Positions 57,501 through 64,000 of a stretch of 64,000 nucleotides of DNA are shown in pieces. The stretch is taken from the NCBI GenBank assembly GCA_000004985.1, contig GG738857.1, one strand, 5' to 3'. This DNA comes from Naegleria gruberi. Taxonomy: Eukaryota. A program made the position numbers and the translations under genes. A model generated the notes under the pieces. The model was not told where the DNA came from and made no database searches. It saw only the letters and a list, made by a program, of their open reading frames with translations. The stretch's first letter is position 1; every line of letters starts with the position of its first letter.

Positions 57501-58279
57501 CTCGATGAATACTAAGTGGAAAAATTCCAACTCTCTTGATGGTGATATTAGACATCCCTACTAATGATACTATGTTGTTGAAATTGATGATGATTCACCA
57601 ACTTGAATTTGTCCAATATCAAAATTACTATCTAATTCCATAACGATAAACTTCCACATAAAACTACTATTATTACTATTATATTGATGATGTATAGATG
57701 ATGAGGTTCCATTCTTGGAGTGGGAAGTTGAAGAACCACTCCGAAAATAAGCTACTCATAAAATTGATATTTTTTTTTGAATGCAAGATACGTCTTGGTT
57801 GAGTTTACTATTCTTTCGATGTCTTTGAGGCTCAAAACTGTGCAATTGGCTTCAGACTCAATATTAAGGAAGTATTGCTTCCATTTTTATTTTGCTTACT
57901 GGATTTTCCAGGAAAGATTTCTCTTAATATTGATAGACGTGGTACTGATAATTTTATAACTGTTAATGGTTTTGGTCCAAAATATGTCAGTAGTGGTACT
58001 GTTATTGCACGAGATAATTCTAAAGGTTATGAAATTTTTAATGCAAATAGAATTTATGATTTATTGTAAATACAAAATGAAGAAAATCAATAAAACTATT
58101 AAATAAATATTTTGTGAAATTGTTATGGCTGATGAAACACTTCTAGTAGTAGTACTTCCATATCTATTAATTGAATTGTTTACGGGAGGAAAAAAAAAAC
58201 TACTTTCATCAAAATTAACGCCTCCAGATGTGCATCCACAGCGCTGGCTATAACAAGAAAATGGACTTGTTGTACAATA

Positions 58280-58825
58280 CTACTCTTGTTGTGTAGAATA
58301 TTTTTGGAACTTTGGTTTGATAGTAATTGTCAAAGGATAATACTCATCAGGAATAGTAGAATTGTCTACCAATCCGAATCCGGTATGCATTATCGCAAAG
58401 AACTTTGAACATCCACAAATACTCTGAACAGCATCAGCATAAGGGTACAAACTGAAAGATGTACCAGGATTAATACATTGATTGTCTGTGTATCTGTAGC
58501 GAACACGATCTGCAAAGAAAATATTTTGAATATCTGTTCTAATTGAAGAATTTCCTCTGTAATAAGGTTTGTCAAGTGAAACATCAAAAGTATAAATTTT
58601 ACATCCTACTGATGAATCCACAAATTTTTTGACTCCATCAAGTTTTAAACTAAAAGGTGTAGTGTAACTTCTATTGGGAATAATAATAGTAATTGGGTTA
58701 TCACCAGAAATCTCTATTACAGAATCTGTTGGAAGATCTTTAACATTGATCAACACATTCGCACAACTCACACATACAAACAATAGCAAGAGCAATAAAA
58801 GAGTGTTAAGAAGACTTCTAGGCAT
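58280..58825 (-). CDS. Hypothetical small secreted Cys-containing protein
   Basis: N-terminal signal peptide (LLNTLLLLLLLFVCVSCA) followed by about 155 aa with 6 Cys. No recognisable domain. Confidence 0.4.
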   Translation of the reverse strand: MPRSLLNTLLLLLLLFVCVSCANVLINVKDLPTDSVIEISGDNPITIIIPNRSYTTPFSLKLDGVKKFVDSSVGCKIYTFDVSLDKPYYRGNSSIRTDIQNIFFADRVRYRYTDNQCINPGTSFSLYPYADAVQSICGCSKFFAIMHTGFGLVDNSTIPDEYYPLTITIKPKFQKYSTQQE

Positions 58826-59099
58826 TGTTTTCTTGTTTGTTGACTCATCTCAATTTGCCACCGCAACTAAATAGAATTGCAAAGAAGAAATGGGTGACCT
58901 TTCATGTCCACTTAAACAAAAAAGATCAATAAAAATGATCCCAAAACGATTATTATAACATATCAGGTAGTTAAATCCAAAGTGAAAGGACGTCCATACA
59001 GTCAAATGATCCACAAACATGTCAATCCCCATTGATTCTGTGTCACCCACATAAAATAATATTCGTAATTAATAATTTGTATATTTGGGTCTATTTGTC

Positions 59100-60540
59100 A
59101 GATATTTGAGTACCTCTTTTTGAGTTATTGTATTGTTGTCAAGCTTTGTAAATTCTCATGAAAGACTCAATGATAGTAGATGTTACTGAACTATATGCTG
59201 TGGTAATGTTTTTCGCAAATTCTTTAGATACAACCTGATTTTCTGGTTTTACAGTGTAGAGACTTAAATAATCTCCAATAAAACTACACCAAACACATTT
59301 TAATGTGAAATTCATAGGAGTTGTTCCCTCAAATATATATAGGAATTATCAGATGTATAACTTTCCGAATTTGAGTGATACCAAAATTGGTACCTTATCT
59401 ATCATAGGTTGGATCTACAGTACAATATCTAGATATTCCAACTAAATCTGGTTCAGATATCTGGACCATTCAAACATAATTTTTTTCTACATTGATTTAC
59501 AATTTTGATTACACTGCGCTTGGTGCACCTCTTACTAAGAAACTCTTTCCTGGAACTTCCTCTGGTGGTAGTTTTTCCATTAGCTGGAATCTGATTCCGT
59601 TTTTTATCCAATCCACAATTATTTCTGAGACGACGAATTCTGTCCAACGTTGATGGAAATGAGAGAGTCTACCACCTAGAGGAACCTGCTTGTCACTGGT
59701 GGAGGAATTGGAGTTGTTAGAACCGGATCCATGGCTATTGAATTGTCTTCTTCCATTATAAGTGGTTGGTGTTTGCTCTATTGAAATGGTCCGAGTCGTA
59801 TGGGACGAAGTGGTTAGACCTTTGATTAAATCTTCTCTTTTGAAGGTTGCTACTACTTTTCTTTGTCTCTGGGTTTTAACCAAGGTATTAACAATTCCTT
59901 TGCAGTTTCAAAACCACCAGAACCGGTTCACCCAATTTAATGGCAATACAATTTAAGTCAGCAATATTCTGGATGAATTCAATAGCTTGAAGCCATTCAA
60001 CTAAATCAAAAGAGTTACCATTTCTCAATCTTTTACAAACTTGTACAATACTTCTAAATTCTTTTCCACCATAAACATCAGGAACAGGGGCGTCAACTTC
60101 TCTGAAGAGTATTTGTAGCAAAGCCATTCTATTCTTGTGTGAAGAGAGTCTGCTGAATATTGTGCATTAGAAGTTGACAATATCAAATCAAATATATCAT
60201 CTGAAGATAACTCGTCATTAATTGACTCTCCAGTGATTGATTGATAGCAATCACGTAGATATTCCTTCAATGAAATACCTTCAGAAACCTTCACCCTTTT
60301 ACCAGTACCGAAATTGTTGTTCGAATCAGATTGTTTAAGATTAAGAATTTAGCGAGAGCAGCACACCTGAAGATACAAGACCGGAATTTTGAGAGGTTTT
60401 CAGGGTTGGCGATACGGTCTTGGCTTTGTTGATATGTAGTGGTTGAATCACCATCAGCATCTGTTGTGTCGGTAGCAGAAGATGAATCAGATGTGCTGAA
60501 TACTTCCACTCTTTGTTTAGTCGCCTATTAAGCATATCGG
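59100..60540 (-). other. Decayed coding remnant, possibly mobile-element derived, broken into four frame-shifted ORFs. It abuts the truncation point of the G-alpha pseudogene
   Basis: ORFs 59509..59883, 59888..60127, 60025..60294 and 60291..60509 are collinear on the minus strand in three different frames, which points to accumulated indels. There is no match to host-gene families recognisable by eye. Confidence 0.3.
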
Positions 60541-61170
60541 AATATTCACTTCTGGAATTACAGAGTATGACATTAATTTTGATGACAAGAAAGTGACATT
60601 TGTAACTGCAGCTGGAAAAACAAGTGAAAGAAAAAAGTGGAAATGTTTCCGTTTTGGCAGAATTCAATCAAACAGGTTATGGAGATGAGAAGGTGAATAG
60701 AATGGATGAAAGTTTGAAACTTTACAAGGAATTGATGACTCGTGTTTCGAATAATGGTAATAATACAAGAGTTGTCTTACTGTTTACTAAACCAGATATA
60801 ATGATGAGGAAATTGAGGAGTTACATTGAATTTGGAAGATTATTCGAAACTGAAACACTTACTGATCTTTCACGAATTGTAAACGATTATCACGAAAGGG
60901 ATGTTCTCAATACAATTATATCGAGCTATTTGAATGCAATAAATAATATTTATGGGAAAATACCAGAATATCACATTATTCAGTCGATATCAGAATTGGA
61001 CATTTCACAACTCGCCAATGTTGAATAATGAGAAAAATAGACATTATATTTCTAATTGCTTGTAATTGCTTGTTTGAGAAAATATCGCTTGTGAGATGTT
61101 ATCAATTAGTGATGGCTCAACAATTGACCGATTTAACAATTAAGTGTAAATTATAAAGTTTAAGGATGAA
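60541..61170 (+). pseudogene. Truncated duplicate of the 3' two-thirds of the G-alpha gene at 49599..50726
   Basis: Near-identical nucleotide sequence to 50088-50760 (acttctggaattacagagtatgacattaattttgatgacaagaaagtgacatttgt...). Internal deletions remove NFCLQGNVSVLVYVVSLAEF-coding segments. The 5' end stops abruptly at 60541 and there is no upstream start. Confidence 0.7.
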
Positions 61171-61284
61171 GTAATAGTTTTCTGCAGAATAAATTGCATC
61201 CATATTGAGTAGGACTGTATGCATCATCTGCCTCTCAACTTTGTTCACAAAATAGTTCAAAGCTGATCAACTTGGGAAATTTCC

Positions 61285-61340
61285 AAATGCCACGCAAAAA
61301 GATTGGATTGTTATTCTCACAAGTTAACCATTAAAAGAGA
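61285..61340 (+). pseudogene. About 50-nt relic of a family kinase domain (KRLDCYSHKLTI-coding), in the opposite orientation inside the copy E 3' flank
   Basis: aaaaagattggattgttattctcacaagttaaccattaaaag matches the kinase C-lobe segment of the family genes (aaaagattggattgttattctcacaagttaacaattgagaat). Confidence 0.5.
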
Positions 61341-61465
61341 AATCGAAATGATTTATTGAACCTTTCAAGTGAAATGAACAAACTGTTCAAATTTCAATGG
61401 CCCAGTTTGAAATCAATATATTTCGCATAGTTGTTTGTGGAACTTACATTTTGTGTGTTGGGAGT

Positions 61466-64000
61466 TTATTGTTTGAGTTTTCTTATTTCTTCTTCCAACA
61501 TTTTAATTCTTTCTAATAGGTTGCTATTTTCCATTGAAAGGTTGGTGTTTTCCTCTGCAAGTTTGTCAACATCCTCTAATAGGTTGGTATTTTCATCCGA
61601 AAGTTTATCAACTTCCTCTGCCAGTTGAGAGTAACTTCTTAATGGTGAGATTTTCTTCAATTCTGCAATTTCCTTTTCAATATTCAAAGTGATATCTTTG
61701 ATCTCACCTTTCAAGTATTTCAAAATATTCTCAATTGTTAACTTGTGAGAATAACAATCCAATCTTTTTGATGAATCTCTTTGAATCATGCTAATAATGC
61801 TTCTAATTAATATGTTATTCACTCCTAAATCTGGATTAATTGATTCATTGATTAGTTTTTCAATTGCATAATGTAATTTCATTTCTCCCTCTGTTGTTGT
61901 TATAACTGTATAGAAATATTTTCCATGACCACTAAAATATGGATAATTATCATTATATTTCGAGACATCTGAATCATTAACAAATCTTTCACACAATTGC
62001 AAAGGACAATTGGTCAATAATTTCAATAAAATACATCCCAATGAAAATATATCACACGAAATGGTAATTTGTCCAACATTGTGAGCAAGCTTTTCATTGT
62101 CATCACTTTTCAATAAATCATCAGAATAATTATCATGTGAAACTTCAGGAGACATGTATGCAAACTTTCCACGAGCAATTGTAATTGAATTACCTGTCTT
62201 GATAACTCTTGATGTTTCAAAATCAATAATTTTGTATAGATCTTGAACTTTGACAATATTTTGAGGATCTAAATCTCTGTGTAAAATATTGTGATCATGA
62301 ATTGATTGAACTGAGTTCAATACTTTGATAAATATATCAAGAATTTCAATCAACTTTTCCTTATTAATGAATCCATTTCTATAAATTCCATCTTGATTAT
62401 TTCTATAAATATAATTTGATAATGATTCCTCTCCAAGTTCCATCACTGTATACAAATGATTTTGAATAATTTCACAATCAAAACATTTGATCTTTCCTTC
62501 AATATCTGTTCTTTTCAATAAATTAATGGTTTCTTTTGTTGATTCTTCAGATTCCTCTGGATTATATTTTAATTTTAACGCCCTTAATGATTTACTACTT
62601 TTGTGAAATACTTTGAATGCAACACCTTCACCTCCATATCCTAATACTGAAATAAAATCATAATTATATTTGAAATAATTATAGAAATAATTGAGAGCCT
62701 TGAATACTTTTGATAAATCTCCTCTCAGCTCATTATATTTACACACTATTTGTTTGTAATTATCAAATGTTTTCTCATTTTCAAACCACTTGTTGGCAAA
62801 AATCATNNNNNNNNNNNNNNNNNNNNNNNNNNNNNNNNNNNNNNNNNNNNNNNNNNAGCCATAAATATTTTGGAGTATTTTTCAATTATATTGCTTGACA
62901 GTTTTGTCTGAATATTTAAGCATTCTTCAATGGTTTTGGATATAGAAGGTGAGAACTTTCTTGCATTTTCTTTGTTCAATTTAAATAGCAAATAAATAAA
63001 TTCTCTATCTTTTTTAAATGATGAATCAACATATTTAAGTGCCAATATATCTTGTTTAACAGCTTCCGAAACAACTTCTCTATCTTTTTTAAATGATGAA
63101 TCAGCATATCTAAGTGTTGATCCATGTTGTTTAACAGTTTCCAATATAAATTCTCTATCTTTTTTCAATAATGAATCAGCATATTCAAGTGCTCGTACAT
63201 TTTGTTTAACAGCTTCCAATATAATTTCTCTATCTTTTTTAAATGATGAATCAGCATATTCAAGTGCCAATCCATTTTGTTTAACAGCTTCCAATATAAT
63301 TTCTCTATCGTTTTTAAATGATGAATCAGCATATTCAAGTGCCAACCCATTTTGTTTAACAGCTTCCAATATAAATTCTCTATCTTTTTTAAATGATGAA
63401 TCAGCATATTCAAGTGCCAATCCATTTTGTTTAACAGCTTCCAATATAATTTCTCTATCTTTTTTAAATGATGAATCAGCATATTCAAGTGCTCGTACAT
63501 TTTGTTTAACAGCTTCCAATATAATTTCTCTATCTTTTTTAAATGATAAATCAGCATATTGAAGTGCTCGTCCATGTTGCTTAACAGCTTCCAATATAAA
63601 TTCTCTATCTTTTAGAAATGATGAATCAGCATATTTAAGTGCATACCCATCTTGTTTAACAGCTTCCAATATAAATTCTCTATCTTTTTTAAATGATGAA
63701 TCAGCATATTTAAGTGCATATCCATTTTGTTTAACAGCTTCCAATATAAATTCTCTATCTTTTTTAAATGATGAATCAGCATATTTAAGTGCCAATTCAT
63801 TTTGTTTAACAGCTTCCAATATAATTTCTCTATCTTTTTTAAATGATGAATCAGCATATTCAAGTGCCCATCCATTTTGTTTAACAGCTTCCAATATAAT
63901 TTCTCTATCTTTTTTAAATGATTAATCAGCATATTCAAGTGCCCACCCATTTTGTTTAACAGCTTCCAATACAATTTCTCTATCTTTTTTAAATGATGAA
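61466..64000 (-). CDS. DUF4116-repeat / atypical kinase / coiled-coil family, copy E. It is 5'-partial (runs off the window), is interrupted by an assembly gap, and has an in-frame TAA in the repeat array at about 63921
   Basis: ORF 61466..62806 covers the kinase and coiled coil (tail with extra DKLSDENTNLLE / LAEENTNL mini-repeats). ORF 62803..63894 covers the linker and repeats. The two are separated by 50 N. Upstream, gattaatca stands where the consensus is gattcatca (ADSSF becomes AD*SF). Confidence 0.6.
62807..62856. other. Assembly gap (50 N) inside family copy E
   Basis: Run of n. Compared with copy D, about 480 nt of linker/kinase N-lobe coding sequence is missing here, so the true gap size is unknown. 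Confidence 0.95.
62995..64000 (-). repeat. Tandem 75-bp coding repeat array of family copy E, continuing past the window end
   Basis: Same 75-nt periodic unit as the other copies, with alternative-frame ORFs 63165..63575 and 63612..63974. Confidence 0.85.

Noticed and set aside
1-64000. Interpretation as a prokaryotic accessory or defence island (operons, toxin kinases).
   Set aside because: Introns with canonical GT...AG boundaries restore conserved domains in at least eight genes. The genes are mono-cistronic with AT-rich spacers, and the proteins carry eukaryotic signal peptides, low-complexity tracts and eukaryote-type domains (G-alpha, C2, F-box, NHL/EGF receptor kinase).

Overview
This is eukaryotic, not prokaryotic, nuclear DNA: AT-rich, gene-dense and intron-poor. 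Most genes are single long ORFs, and I could map nine spliceosomal introns by eye. Of these, eight are short (43-145 nt; donors GTAAGT, GTTTGT or GTATGT; acceptors TAG/CAG) and the ninth is the family's 5' intron (59-69 nt; donor GTTTGT or GTTGGT; acceptor AATAG/CAG). All three stop codons are used, and several proteins carry S/T/N/Q-rich low-complexity tracts. The domain repertoire is that of a protist, loosely amoebozoan- or heterolobosean-like, but the organism cannot be named from sequence alone. I found no rRNA, tRNA or CRISPR. The main signal is a recently amplified gene family present in five copies plus one relic. Each member encodes a conserved 5' micro-exon (M-x-x-x-[DE]-W), then a long homogenised array of 25-aa (75-bp) DUF4116-like repeats, a conserved helical linker, an atypical protein-kinase domain (G-loop and beta3 Lys intact, but HRDLDPQN, DFE and SPE in place of HRDLKPEN, DFG and APE) and a C-terminal leucine-zipper-like coiled coil with variable 8-aa mini-repeats. 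Only the 50958-54533 copy looks intact. The others carry a nonsense codon, a frameshift, a 5' lesion or an assembly gap. Two copies sit tail-to-tail with a divergent G-alpha gene, once with a full gene and once with a truncated pseudogene copy. The G-alpha protein has G-G-K where the catalytic G-G-Q belongs. Other genes are a giant NHL/EGF receptor kinase, a secreted NlpC/P60 peptidase with two introns, an alpha/beta-hydrolase fused to a soluble fumarate reductase (with a frameshift), a Gfo/Idh/MocA oxidoreductase, two C2-domain proteins whose C2 domains are split by introns, a protein of eight tandem discoidin-like domains, an F-box/LRR protein, an F-box-like GTPase-domain protein, a Ras-like GTPase, a periplasmic-binding-protein-like membrane-anchored protein, a 7TM receptor-like protein and a Pmp3-like proteolipid. 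The supplied ORF track uses non-ATG start codons (TTG/GTG shown as M), so several of its starts are not real initiators. Splice sites I mapped by hand may be off by 1 nt.
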